Assembly: GCA_002839185.1 (NCBI GenBank)
Contig: PGXO01000004.1
Span: 276,806 to 340,805, forward strand
Length of the DNA stretch: 64,000 nucleotides
From: Synergistetes bacterium HGW-Synergistetes-1
GTDB taxonomy: Bacteria; Synergistota; Synergistia; Synergistales; Synergistaceae
Reading direction: 5' to 3'
In this document: piece after piece, positions 29,322 to 38,003 of the stretch
How the letters are laid out: each line of letters starts with the position of its first letter
Numbering within the stretch: position 1 is the stretch's first letter
Made by a program: the position numbers and the translations under genes
Notes under the pieces: model-generated
Databases searched by the model: none
The model's input: only the letters and a program-made list of their open reading frames with translations
Told to the model about the DNA's origin: nothing

Positions 29322-30344
29322 ATGCAGAACATATTATTTAATATTTTGGGGTACTTTTCATCATGGGTACTGATGCTTGTCACGTTGATGATCGCCCTTT
29401 TTGCAGAGAGTACACACACATATTTTTCCGGCAGGAGTTTAAGCAGGAGGGGCATGATCGTATCATTGCTTCCTCTTCGTGACATATTCAAATCGATGAC
29501 TATGCCAATAAGCCTTCCTGAAGCTTCAGTGATAAGGCTCTCAACATACCTGCCATGCTTTGCTCTAGCCGCACTTATTCCAATTGCAGCAAGCATACCG
29601 TTTTTTTCATTTTTGCCGATAATGGACAACGGAGGAGATCTGATTCAGATCCTCCAGTTTGCAGCTCTTTCTGAAACACTGGCAATATTGGCGATATTCT
29701 CATTAGGTACAACTGATGCACAGATCACAGCTAACAGAATGATAAGGGAGCTTGTCAAACTTATTGTTCCAATGATGGCTGCGTTTATATCTATAGCCTT
29801 TTATTATTCAGCTAACGGGATCCAGGGCGATCCATTCAGCCTGAACGTCTTCACGACGGCGCTGCACATGACTCCATCAGCTCCCTTTTCACTGGCAGGG
29901 ACGCTTATTTTTATCTTTGTGATATTCAGTCAGATACCTCACAGCAACGCCGGATTCGGCTGCTCATTGCTAGAAAATTGCGAGCTCCCTGACTTTAACG
30001 GGGCTCCGAGGTCAATGCTTCAGCTTTGGTCGATATTCAGGGCCTTTCTGGTGGTAGCTCTGGTTACACATATTTTTTTCCCCTGGGGATATTTCAAGGG
30101 GCTTAACGCCGGTTTCAGCATCTCCTGGTGGGCACAGTCTGTCAATTTTGCAGCTTTCTGGACAACGGTCCTGGTGATGCGGGTTTTTGGTGTAACGCTC
30201 TGCTGGAAAGTAATGGAACTGCTCGAAAAAAAGGTCAGGATAAAAAATTCCGGAGTATGGTTATTTATAATACTTACCACAGTTGCGACTCTTCTCGTTG
30301 TATATGAAGGTATAAAAATATCGATGGAAGTGGCGGCGTTTTAA
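29322..30344 (+). CDS. Divergent NuoH/HycD/ND1-like polytopic membrane protein (tentative)
   Basis: The layout parallels E. coli NuoH by eye: an N-terminal TM then a charged loop (SGRSLSRRGMIVSLLPLRDIFKSM, compare GERRLLG...LVADMIKMF), and a late loop (LLENCELPDFNGAPRSMLQLW, compare [20 protein letters not shown]). The match is weak. Confidence 0.35.
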   Translation: MQNILFNILGYFSSWVLMLVTLMIALFAESTHTYFSGRSLSRRGMIVSLLPLRDIFKSMTMPISLPEASVIRLSTYLPCFALAALIPIAASIPFFSFLPIMDNGGDLIQILQFAALSETLAILAIFSLGTTDAQITANRMIRELVKLIVPMMAAFISIAFYYSANGIQGDPFSLNVFTTALHMTPSAPFSLAGTLIFIFVIFSQIPHSNAGFGCSLLENCELPDFNGAPRSMLQLWSIFRAFLVVALVTHIFFPWGYFKGLNAGFSISWWAQSVNFAAFWTTVLVMRVFGVTLCWKVMELLEKKVRIKNSGVWLFIILTTVATLLVVYEGIKISMEVAAF

Positions 30345-30349
30345 AACGT

Positions 30350-30396
30350 GGCTGAGCGATAGCTGAGCAGTTGCTGAGCAATAGTTGAGCGGTCGT
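30350..30396 (+). repeat. Tandem 11-nt GCTGAGC sub-repeat array (left-arm orientation)
   Basis: ggctgagcgat agctgagcagtt gctgagcaat agttgagcggtc. Same flavour at 37424-37468 and 45126-45170; inverse at 45461-45505. Confidence 0.8.
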
Positions 30397-30419
30397 AGGG
30401 GCGGGAGGACAGTGGCGCC

Positions 30420-30652
30420 TTGGCCACGGAAAATTTGCAGCCTCTGGGCTGCGGAGAATTCGCAACTTAATAACCATGCCGCTGGTGAATTTGCGACGAA
30501 CTTATGTCGCGGTGAATTAAATCTTAATGATTCATTAACCAATTCTCCGCTGAATGTTACATTCAGCAAATTCTCCGCAACGCAAAGCGTTGTGAATTCA
30601 CCGCAGCGTTATCGCTGCAAATTCACCGCGATGCATGGCATCGCAATTCACC
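30420..30652. repeat. GAATTC-box / mini-hairpin array with inverted left and right halves
   Basis: Left boxes: ggaaaatttgc, gcggagaattcgc, gctggtgaatttgc, gcggtgaatt. Right boxes: ccaattctccgc, gcaaattctccgc, gtgaattcaccgc, gcaaattcaccgc, gcaattcacc. Unique short palindromes lie between boxes (tgaatgttacattca, aacgcaaagcgtt, agcgttatcgct, gatgcatggcatc). Confidence 0.8.
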
Positions 30653-30694
30653 TCAGTGATGGCATAAGATATAAACTAATGGTAAACTGAACTT

Positions 30695-30722
30695 TTGACA
30701 GACGTTTATTTGGAAATATAGA
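30695..30722 (+). promoter_or_regulatory. Candidate glnS promoter
   Basis: -35 ttgaca, 16-nt spacer, -10 tataga. ggaggt SD at 30733. Confidence 0.5.
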
Positions 30723-30745
30723 AAGCGATCTTGGAGGTATAATCA

Positions 30746-32425
30746 ATGGCTTTTGATGAAGGATCTAGAAATCTTAATTTTCTTGAAGAGATAATAACGA
30801 AAGATCTTGAAAATGGGGTTACAGAGAGTGTAGTTACCCGTTTTCCGCCGGAGCCTAACGGCTACCTGCACATAGGCCACGCGAAGTCGATATGCCTTAA
30901 TTTTGGACTTGCACAGCAGTTTGGCGGAAAGTGCAACCTTCGTTTTGATGACACGAATCCTGCGAAGGAAGAAACAGAGTACGTAGAATCGATAATGAAC
31001 GATGTAAAATGGCTCGGTTTTGAATGGGCTAACCTCCGGTATGCATCTGATTACTTCGATCAGTTCTATCAGTGGGCCCTCGACCTGATCAATGCAGGCA
31101 AGGCTTATGTTGATGATCAGAGCGCCGAAGAGATGAGGCAAAAGAGAGGCACATTAACAAAACCGGGAGAGGATTCTCCATACAGGGAAAGAAGCGTAGA
31201 GGAAAACATTGATCTTTTCAAAAGAATGACGGCCGGAGAATTCGAAGAGGGCACGAGAGTTCTTCGCGCTAAGATAGACATGTCCAGCAACAACCTTAAC
31301 ATGAGGGACCCTGTTATATACAGGATATTGAAGAGAAGCCACCACAGGACAGGAGATAAGTGGTGTGTATATCCGATGTATGACTTCGCTCATGGCTACG
31401 AAGACGCAATAGAAGGAGTAACTCACTCCATCTGTACGCTGGAATTCCAGGACCATCGCCCCCTCTATGACTGGTTCATAGATAACGTAGATGTACCGCA
31501 TGTCCCGCGTCAGTATGAATTTGCACGTTTGAATCTGACATACACGCTTATGAGCAAACGCAAGCTTCTTGAGCTTGTCACAACAGGTATAGTTTCAGGA
31601 TGGGACGATCCCAGGATGCCCACCATATGCGGTTTCAGGCGCAGGGGCTATACACCTGAGTCGATCAGGCGCTTCTGCAAAGAGATAGGTGTTGCAAAAG
31701 CTGACAGTATGGTAGAAGTGGAACTTCTGCATTATTGCCTCAGGGAAGAGCTCAACAGGACAGCACAGCGCGGCATGGCAGTTTTGCGTCCTCTTAAGGT
31801 GGTCCTTGAAAATTGGCCCGAGGGCTTCGTGGATGAACTGGATGCAGAAAATAATCCTGAGGATGAAAATGCCGGGAACAGGAAGGTCTCAATAGGAAAA
31901 GAGATATACATCGAGAGGGACGACTTTATGGAGGAACCTGTTAAGGGCTTCTTCCGGCTCGCTCCTGACAAAGAAGTGCGCCTCAAATATGCATACATAA
32001 TAAAGTGCAGGGACATTGTCAAGGATGAAAAGGGAGAGGTCGTCGAGCTCCGCTGCACTGTTGACATGGACAGCCGCGGAGGAGATGCGCCAGACGGCAG
32101 GAAGATAAAAGGCACGCTCCACTGGGCATGGGCCGGAGAGGCCGTCAAAGCAAAGGTCAACCTCTATGGCCATCTCTTTACACTAAAAAACATGAGTGAC
32201 ATGGAAGAGGGCAAAGACTACAAAGATTATCTTGATCCCAATTCTCTTGTAGTGATTGAGGACGCGTTGGTTGAACCGATCCTTGCTGATGCGAAGCCAA
32301 TGGACAAGTTCCAGTTTATGCGCCATGGATATTTCTGCGCAGATCACGACAGTACGCCGGAAAAACCCGTATTCAACCTTACTGTGTCCCTTAAGGATTC
32401 CTGGGGCCGTCAGAATAAGATGTGA
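30746..32425 (+). CDS. glnS: Glutaminyl-tRNA synthetase
   Basis: [17 protein letters not shown] (HIGH) and LMSKRKL (KMSKS). GlnRS-type C-terminal anticodon-binding domain. Confidence 0.95.
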   Translation: MAFDEGSRNLNFLEEIITKDLENGVTESVVTRFPPEPNGYLHIGHAKSICLNFGLAQQFGGKCNLRFDDTNPAKEETEYVESIMNDVKWLGFEWANLRYASDYFDQFYQWALDLINAGKAYVDDQSAEEMRQKRGTLTKPGEDSPYRERSVEENIDLFKRMTAGEFEEGTRVLRAKIDMSSNNLNMRDPVIYRILKRSHHRTGDKWCVYPMYDFAHGYEDAIEGVTHSICTLEFQDHRPLYDWFIDNVDVPHVPRQYEFARLNLTYTLMSKRKLLELVTTGIVSGWDDPRMPTICGFRRRGYTPESIRRFCKEIGVAKADSMVEVELLHYCLREELNRTAQRGMAVLRPLKVVLENWPEGFVDELDAENNPEDENAGNRKVSIGKEIYIERDDFMEEPVKGFFRLAPDKEVRLKYAYIIKCRDIVKDEKGEVVELRCTVDMDSRGGDAPDGRKIKGTLHWAWAGEAVKAKVNLYGHLFTLKNMSDMEEGKDYKDYLDPNSLVVIEDALVEPILADAKPMDKFQFMRHGYFCADHDSTPEKPVFNLTVSLKDSWGRQNKM

Positions 32426-32996
32426 AGCGGCTAGGGGCGTGCCGCGGGAGTCAATTGGGAATCGGTCGGAAATCGGTTGGGAATCAATGGGTAGGGCCTG
32501 TGGCATATTTCGTACCACGTCAGTCAATTGCAAATCGGTGGGTAGTCAATGTGTAGGGCCTGCGGCTAGGATCAAGCCGCGGGAATCAATTGCAAATCGG
32601 TTGGTAGTCAATGTGTAGGGCCTGCGGCTAGGATCAAGCCGCGGGAATCAATTGCAAATCGGTTGGTAGTCAATTGGTAAGACCTGTGGCATAGACCGCG
32701 CCACGGCAGTCGATTGGCAATCAATTGCAAATTAATAGAAAATCAGTTGGAAGTGATTGGCAAGGTCTAAGATACACCAACAGATTTGCAACTGATCACC
32801 AATCGATTCGCAATAGATTTGCAATCTATTTGCCGTTGATTTTTTAATTGATTACCAATAGAATCTCGCGGCACAGCCATTGCCGCGGCTCCTAACAATC
32901 GATTTACAACTGATTTCCAATTGATTACCGATCAATTCCCGTCGGAAGCAGCCGGATGATTTTCCGGCAGCTTCACGTGGCAGGCTGCCATGCCAC
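32426..32996. repeat. Largest foldback element: left arm with four 62-nt higher-order repeats (hairpin plus three 11-nt units), asymmetric centre, inverted right arm, two trailing hairpins
   Basis: 62-nt copies start at 32489, 32551, 32613 and 32675; the middle two are identical. Centre ggcaaggtctaagatacaccaacag. Right arm 32775-32942. Confidence 0.9.
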
Positions 32997-33027
32997 AAAT
33001 AATCACAAACTACCGGAGGTTTATAGA

Positions 33028-34365
33028 ATGTCCTTAAAAACACGCGTAAGATTTGCTCCAAGCCCCACAGGGTCACTGCACATCGGGGGAGCGCACACGG
33101 CACTCTTCAACTGGCTGTATGCACGCCATACCAGGGGTACCTTTGTCCTCCGCATAGAAGACACAGACAAGGAACGTTCAACTGCTGAATACGAGCAGTC
33201 GATAATGGACGGGATGAGATGGATGGGCCTCGACTGGGACGAAGGTCCCGATAAGCCGGGGGAGTTCGGTCCCTACAGACAGTCAGAGCGCATGGATTCC
33301 TACACTAAATACGCAAACCGGCTCCTTGATGCCGGACTTGCCTACAAAGAAGACGGCGCAGTACTTTTTAAAGTCCCTTCAGGCAAACTCGTCACATTTG
33401 ATGATGAAGTCTATGGACACATCGAGGTGCTGAGCGAAAATGCCTCTGTCAATCAGGACGGGACCATCAAGGACATAGTAATCCTCAAGAGGGATGGTAT
33501 GCCTACATACAACTATGCTGTCGTTATTGATGACTATACTATGAACATAAACATGGTCATTCGCGGAGAAGACCACATTATCAATACGCCTAAGCAACTG
33601 CTGATCTATCAGGCCCTCGGGTTCGAGGCGCCAAAGTTTGCACACCTTCCGATGATACTTGGCAAAGATAAAAAAAAGCTCTCTAAGCGCCAGGGAGCCA
33701 CAAGTGTATTCGAATACAACGATCTTGGATACCTTCCCGACGGCGTGTTCAACTTTCTTGCCCTTCTTGGTTGGTCGCCGAAGAACGGACAGGAGATATT
33801 TACAAGGGAAGAGGCTATAAAAAACTTTGATCTCTCCTCGGTAACAAAGAAACCGGCAGTCCTTGATATGGACAAGCTGAACCACATCAACCAGGAACAG
33901 ATGAAAATAATGGATCCGTACAAGCTCCTGGAGATAATAAAGCCGTTCTGGAAGGACCTTGGGTTTGACATCAACAGCTATTCCGACGACTACCTTGCTT
34001 CCTCACTTCAGGCAATGGGCGGCAGGGGCCAGACTACACTTCAGCTTGCCGAATACAGCGACTACTTTATAAGTTTTGATGCAGTTAAAGAGAGATACAA
34101 GGCGGACGATATTAACGAAGAACGCCGCCCTGTACTGAAAAAATTCTACGGGGAGCTCATTAATGCCCCTGACTTTACACCTGAAGTACTGGAAACCTTC
34201 ACAAAATCATGGGTCGAAACCAACGAAAGCAGCATGAAAGAGGTCGCCCTCCCGCTCAGATGGGCCCTTACCGGAAGAAAGGTAAGCCCGGGAGTTTTTG
34301 AGGTGGCAGCTCAGCTGGGCCCGGAAGAATGCCAAAGGAGACTGGCCCACTACTGTCTGGTTTAG
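33028..34365 (+). CDS. gltX: Glutamyl-tRNA synthetase
   Basis: RFAPSPTGSLHIGGAHTA (HIGH) and KLSKRQG (KMSKS). ATG 33028 lies 8 nt after ggaggt; the ORF-maximal 32956 start lies inside the repeat. Confidence 0.95.
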   Translation: MSLKTRVRFAPSPTGSLHIGGAHTALFNWLYARHTRGTFVLRIEDTDKERSTAEYEQSIMDGMRWMGLDWDEGPDKPGEFGPYRQSERMDSYTKYANRLLDAGLAYKEDGAVLFKVPSGKLVTFDDEVYGHIEVLSENASVNQDGTIKDIVILKRDGMPTYNYAVVIDDYTMNINMVIRGEDHIINTPKQLLIYQALGFEAPKFAHLPMILGKDKKKLSKRQGATSVFEYNDLGYLPDGVFNFLALLGWSPKNGQEIFTREEAIKNFDLSSVTKKPAVLDMDKLNHINQEQMKIMDPYKLLEIIKPFWKDLGFDINSYSDDYLASSLQAMGGRGQTTLQLAEYSDYFISFDAVKERYKADDINEERRPVLKKFYGELINAPDFTPEVLETFTKSWVETNESSMKEVALPLRWALTGRKVSPGVFEVAAQLGPEECQRRLAHYCLV

Positions 34366-34417
34366 AAGTACTGAGTCGCCAAACGGCCTTATATGGCAGT
34401 GGCAAGGAGAGTGCCCG

Positions 34418-34607
34418 TGGGAGTCAGTTGCGAATCGATTGGTAATCAGTTGCAAATCTGTTGGTGTATCTTAGACCTTGCCAATCATTTCCAACTGATT
34501 CCCTATTGATTTGCTATTGATCAGCGATCGACTTCCGCGGCAGGGTCCACGTTGCCGCTTATAATCATTGATTCCCCATTGATTACCAATTGATTCCCAA
34601 TTGACTC
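34418..34607. repeat. Foldback element whose 56-nt centre is the reverse complement of the centre at 32741-32796
   Basis: The reverse complement of 34445-34500 matches 32741-32796 at 55 of 56 positions. The arms keep the usual G-linker-left / C-linker-right polarity. Confidence 0.85.
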
Positions 34608-34714
34608 ACCGGGCGCCTCTCGGTGCCCTGACATTGTCTCTCCTCTCCTTTACCCTTACAATGTGAATTATATAAAGCACAAGATATTTTTTACAGGTAA
34701 AGAGGATGGTAAAT

Positions 34715-37309
34715 ATGAGTAAAAACCTGCTTCTGATAGATGGGCACGGACTTGCATTCAGGGGCTTTTACGCGCTTCCGGAGACATTGTCCGCAGCTGA
34801 CGGAACCCCTACCAACGCTATATTGGGATTTACAACGATGCTTCTGAACGGACTTGATAAATGGAGCCCGGACAGGGTAGGGCTCTTTTTCGACCCAAAG
34901 GGACCTACGAGGCGTCATGAACTTTTCAAAGAGTATAAGGAGGGCAGAAAGCCTACTCCTGAAGGTTTTAAAATCCAGATGCCGCTGATAATTGAGATAA
35001 GCAAGGCAATGGGCATTCCTGTTTTTATCAGGGAAGGCATGGAAGCTGATGATTATATCGTATCTACCGCAAAGAAAGCCTCCGATGAAGGATGGAACGT
35101 CAGTATTTTTTCTGCCGACAAAGACCTTTTTCAGATCATAAACGGAAATATCAAAATTATTCGTCCGACAAAAGGAGTAAGCGACTTTAAGATCTACGAC
35201 AAGGAACTTTTTATTGAAGAATACGGTTTTAAACCTGAGTCTATGGCTGACTACCTTGCTTTAGTGGGCGATGCCGTCGACAATATTCCCGGGGTCCCCG
35301 GAATAGGAGAAAAGACCGCCAAAGAACTGATCGGGAAATTCGGGTCATTGGAAGGCATTTTTGAAAATATGGAAGAGGTGCCCAAGGGGAGAAGGTCAAA
35401 GCTTGAGGAAAACACAAAACTTGCCTATTCAAGCAGGGACCTGATAATACCCCAGATAACAGAAAGCGTTCCTCTTGAAGAGCTTGTAATGAAGGGACCT
35501 GAGGAAGACCTTCTTGTTGAACTATGCACAAGGCTGAGCCTTAGAAGGCTTTTGGAACGTATTCTGCCGCATGCAAAAATTTCCGACAGCGCAAAGGTCC
35601 AGAAGAAACCGGTCAGCAATGTACTTACAAAAGTACCTGCTGTCACTCCGATCGTCGATATCGGGGATAGGCCTGACAGTGTGGAGGCCGCCCACGAAGA
35701 GCTGTTCAAGGCTGTTGAGCTTGCCCTGGCACCTGCCGACAGGGATAAGAAAATATTCTGCCTCTTTGACAGAAAGGGGAGGACCGCATATCTGGACCTA
35801 GGTGACCCCGAACAGACGGAGAAGTGGGCAGAATGGTGCAAACGAGGTACTTTGACTCTCTTCGGTTACAGGGATCTGCTTTCAAAATTTAATATCCCCC
35901 TTCCTCCAACGAAGAAGATCAGGGACGTTGAGATAGCACATTACCTTCTCCATCCTGACCGTGGGGGAAGCTCCATTGAAAAGACCCTGGGACGCAAACT
36001 TCCGCAGGGGATAGACCTTGCAAGGGAGCTCTTCGCGCTGTGGGATGCTTTTGAGCCGGAAATGAGGAAGTTCGGACTCGACAAGCTCATGATGGAGCTT
36101 GACCTTCCGCTTTCTGTAGCACTGGCTGATCTTGAGCGCAATGGTGTATTTGCAGATGTCACCAAACTAGCCTCAATGGGGAAAGATCTGGAGAAAACTA
36201 TAGCGCAAACTGAAACAGACATAGAAAAATTAGTGGGAGAAAGAATTAACCTTAATTCACCAAAGCAGGTAGGATGGCTTCTCTTTGAGCATCTTCACCT
36301 GCCTCCGTTAAAGAAAACACAGACCGGCTACTCAACTGACATGAGCGTTCTCGAAGAACTGGCACGGCTCCCTGAGCCGCTTTGTGACGTTCCAAACAAA
36401 ATTATCGAGTATCGTGAAGAGGCTAAAATACTTTCCGGATTTGTCCAGCCCTTCCTATCTATAGCTTCAGAAGGGGATGGTTTTATCCATTCTACTTTTG
36501 ACCACCTTTCGACCGGCACGGGCCGTCTTTCAAGCAGAGACCCAAATGTGCAGAACATGCCGCTTTTCGGCAAATGGGCTGTCAGATTCAGGGATTGTTT
36601 TATTCCCTCAGATAACGGAAAGATATTTGTAGCGGCGGACTATTCACAGATCGAGCTGAGGGTTCTTGCCCACTTATCCGGTGAGGAAAGGCTGATAAGC
36701 GCTTTTTCAGAAGGGCGTGACGTACACATGGAGACAGCATCGTGGGTCTTCGGGCTTCCTGCGGATAAGATAACCCAGGAACAGCGGCGATTTGCGAAGG
36801 TCGTCAACTTCGGTCTCCTATATGGGATGGGGGCTCACGGTCTTGCGCAGCGGCTGGGAATATCCAGGCCGCAGGCAGCGAGTATGGTTGAGAGGTACTT
36901 CAGCGTCCTTCCCAATGTTAAGGGATATCTTGAAAAGAGCGTGAAGGAAGCAAAGGAAGCGGGATATACCCGTTCAATATTTGGCAGGATAAGGCCTCTT
37001 GCTGAAGTAGCCACGACAGCGGGAAGAGGAAATAACCCTATAGACAGGGTGGCAGTCAATACGCCAATCCAGAGCGCCGCATCTGACATTGCAAAAGTTG
37101 CCATCATGAGGTTTGACAAGGTAGTAAAGGAAGAATTCAAAGGTGCGAAGACAGTCCTGCAGATCCATGACTCTATAGTCTGCGAGTGTTTGGCAGAAGA
37201 TGCTGACAGGCTGGAGAAGAGGCTGGTCGAAGTAATGGAAAGCGTAGATGTCCTGAGTGTACCTGTTAAGGCAGAACCAAAGCGCGGCGGTTCCCTCAGC
37301 AAAGTGTGA
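34715..37309 (+). CDS. polA: DNA polymerase I
   Basis: 5' nuclease block (LLLIDGHGLAFR), family A polymerase motifs (DYSQIELRVLAH, RRFAKVVNFGLLYGM, QIHDSIV). ATG 34715 lies 8 nt after agagga. Confidence 0.96.
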   Translation: MSKNLLLIDGHGLAFRGFYALPETLSAADGTPTNAILGFTTMLLNGLDKWSPDRVGLFFDPKGPTRRHELFKEYKEGRKPTPEGFKIQMPLIIEISKAMGIPVFIREGMEADDYIVSTAKKASDEGWNVSIFSADKDLFQIINGNIKIIRPTKGVSDFKIYDKELFIEEYGFKPESMADYLALVGDAVDNIPGVPGIGEKTAKELIGKFGSLEGIFENMEEVPKGRRSKLEENTKLAYSSRDLIIPQITESVPLEELVMKGPEEDLLVELCTRLSLRRLLERILPHAKISDSAKVQKKPVSNVLTKVPAVTPIVDIGDRPDSVEAAHEELFKAVELALAPADRDKKIFCLFDRKGRTAYLDLGDPEQTEKWAEWCKRGTLTLFGYRDLLSKFNIPLPPTKKIRDVEIAHYLLHPDRGGSSIEKTLGRKLPQGIDLARELFALWDAFEPEMRKFGLDKLMMELDLPLSVALADLERNGVFADVTKLASMGKDLEKTIAQTETDIEKLVGERINLNSPKQVGWLLFEHLHLPPLKKTQTGYSTDMSVLEELARLPEPLCDVPNKIIEYREEAKILSGFVQPFLSIASEGDGFIHSTFDHLSTGTGRLSSRDPNVQNMPLFGKWAVRFRDCFIPSDNGKIFVAADYSQIELRVLAHLSGEERLISAFSEGRDVHMETASWVFGLPADKITQEQRRFAKVVNFGLLYGMGAHGLAQRLGISRPQAASMVERYFSVLPNVKGYLEKSVKEAKEAGYTRSIFGRIRPLAEVATTAGRGNNPIDRVAVNTPIQSAASDIAKVAIMRFDKVVKEEFKGAKTVLQIHDSIVCECLAEDADRLEKRLVEVMESVDVLSVPVKAEPKRGGSLSKV

Positions 37310-37316
37310 TATAAAA

Positions 37317-37406
37317 TTGTGAAACTGCTGGAATAACGCCGGCGTGAAACAGCGAATACCTTTGTGAAACTGCCAGAATAACGCTGGCGTGAAACAATGA
37401 TGAAGC
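37317..37406 (+). repeat. Direct tandem repeat 2 x 45 nt containing four GTGAAAC boxes
   Basis: ttgtgaaactgctggaataacgccggcgtgaaacagcgaataccttt followed by gtgaaactgccagaataacgctggcgtgaaacaatgatg. Confidence 0.8.
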
Positions 37407-37423
37407 TGTGGTTTTCAAGGAAC

Positions 37424-37468
37424 GGCTGAGCGATGGCTGAGCAGTAGCTGAGCAGTGGCTTAGCGGTT
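37424..37468 (+). repeat. Tandem 11-nt GCTGAGC sub-repeat array
   Basis: ggctgagcgat ggctgagcagt agctgagcagt ggcttagcggtt. Confidence 0.8.
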
Positions 37469-37488
37469 GTAGAAGCCAAGAGCAGGGT

Positions 37489-37880
37489 CGGGGAATTGCA
37501 TCCTTTGGCTGCGGGGAATTTGCAGGACTTTGTCCTGCGGAGAATTTGCTTGCTTCGCATTGCGGAGAATTTGCCGGAAGACCCTTCCGGCGGGGAATTG
37601 AGACTTTGATCAAGAATCAAAAAGCACCGTCGTTCCCGAATGCCTCCGTCGGAAATCCAGTGGCTTGTGTTTAAAGGTTTTTAAATTCTACAACTGCTGC
37701 GATTGTGAGAAAAGCCGTCAAACGGTTGTTAAATGCGCGGGGAATTGGACCATGAATATTAAAGACTGAATTCTCCGCGATGCGAAGCGAGCAAATTCTC
37801 CAGCGGCGGATGCCGCGAATTCTCCGCAGCCCTGAGGCTGCAAATTCCCCGCACCTACGACCGCTTAGCAAATTCTTCTC
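37489..37880. repeat. GAATTC-box / mini-hairpin arms flanking a partial MITE-like core (37628-37700)
   Basis: Left boxes: cggggaattgc, gcggggaatttgc, gcggagaatttgc (x2), gcggggaattg. Right boxes: gaattctccgc, gcaaattctcc, cgcgaattctccgc, gcaaattccccgc. Core left end: cgtcgttcccgaatgcctccgtcggaaatccagtggc. Confidence 0.8.
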
Positions 37881-38003
37881 CATCTTCCTTCAATAAAATA
37901 TATAGGGAAAATAGTGTGTAAATTTGCTTGCGTCTTTCTGAAACCTGCAATATAATATACAGCTGTATGTTAGACGTATCAGAACATCTGGAGGTGCAAT
38001 ACA

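Noticed and set aside
30345-30745. T-box leader upstream of glnS (and of gltX at 32426-33027)
   Set aside because: No T-box consensus (AANNNGGGTGGTACCGCG-like) or specifier-loop architecture is visible. The sequence is fully accounted for by the repeat modules plus a short promoter/SD region.
36835-37620. Long antisense ORFs inside housekeeping genes (this one 261 aa; also 11867-12568, 47118-47891, 49484-50212, 63201-63887, 42924-43544, 3900-4439)
   Set aside because: They lie fully within or opposite strongly supported CDS. They have Ser/Arg/Leu-rich shadow-frame composition and no recognisable domains or SD sequences.
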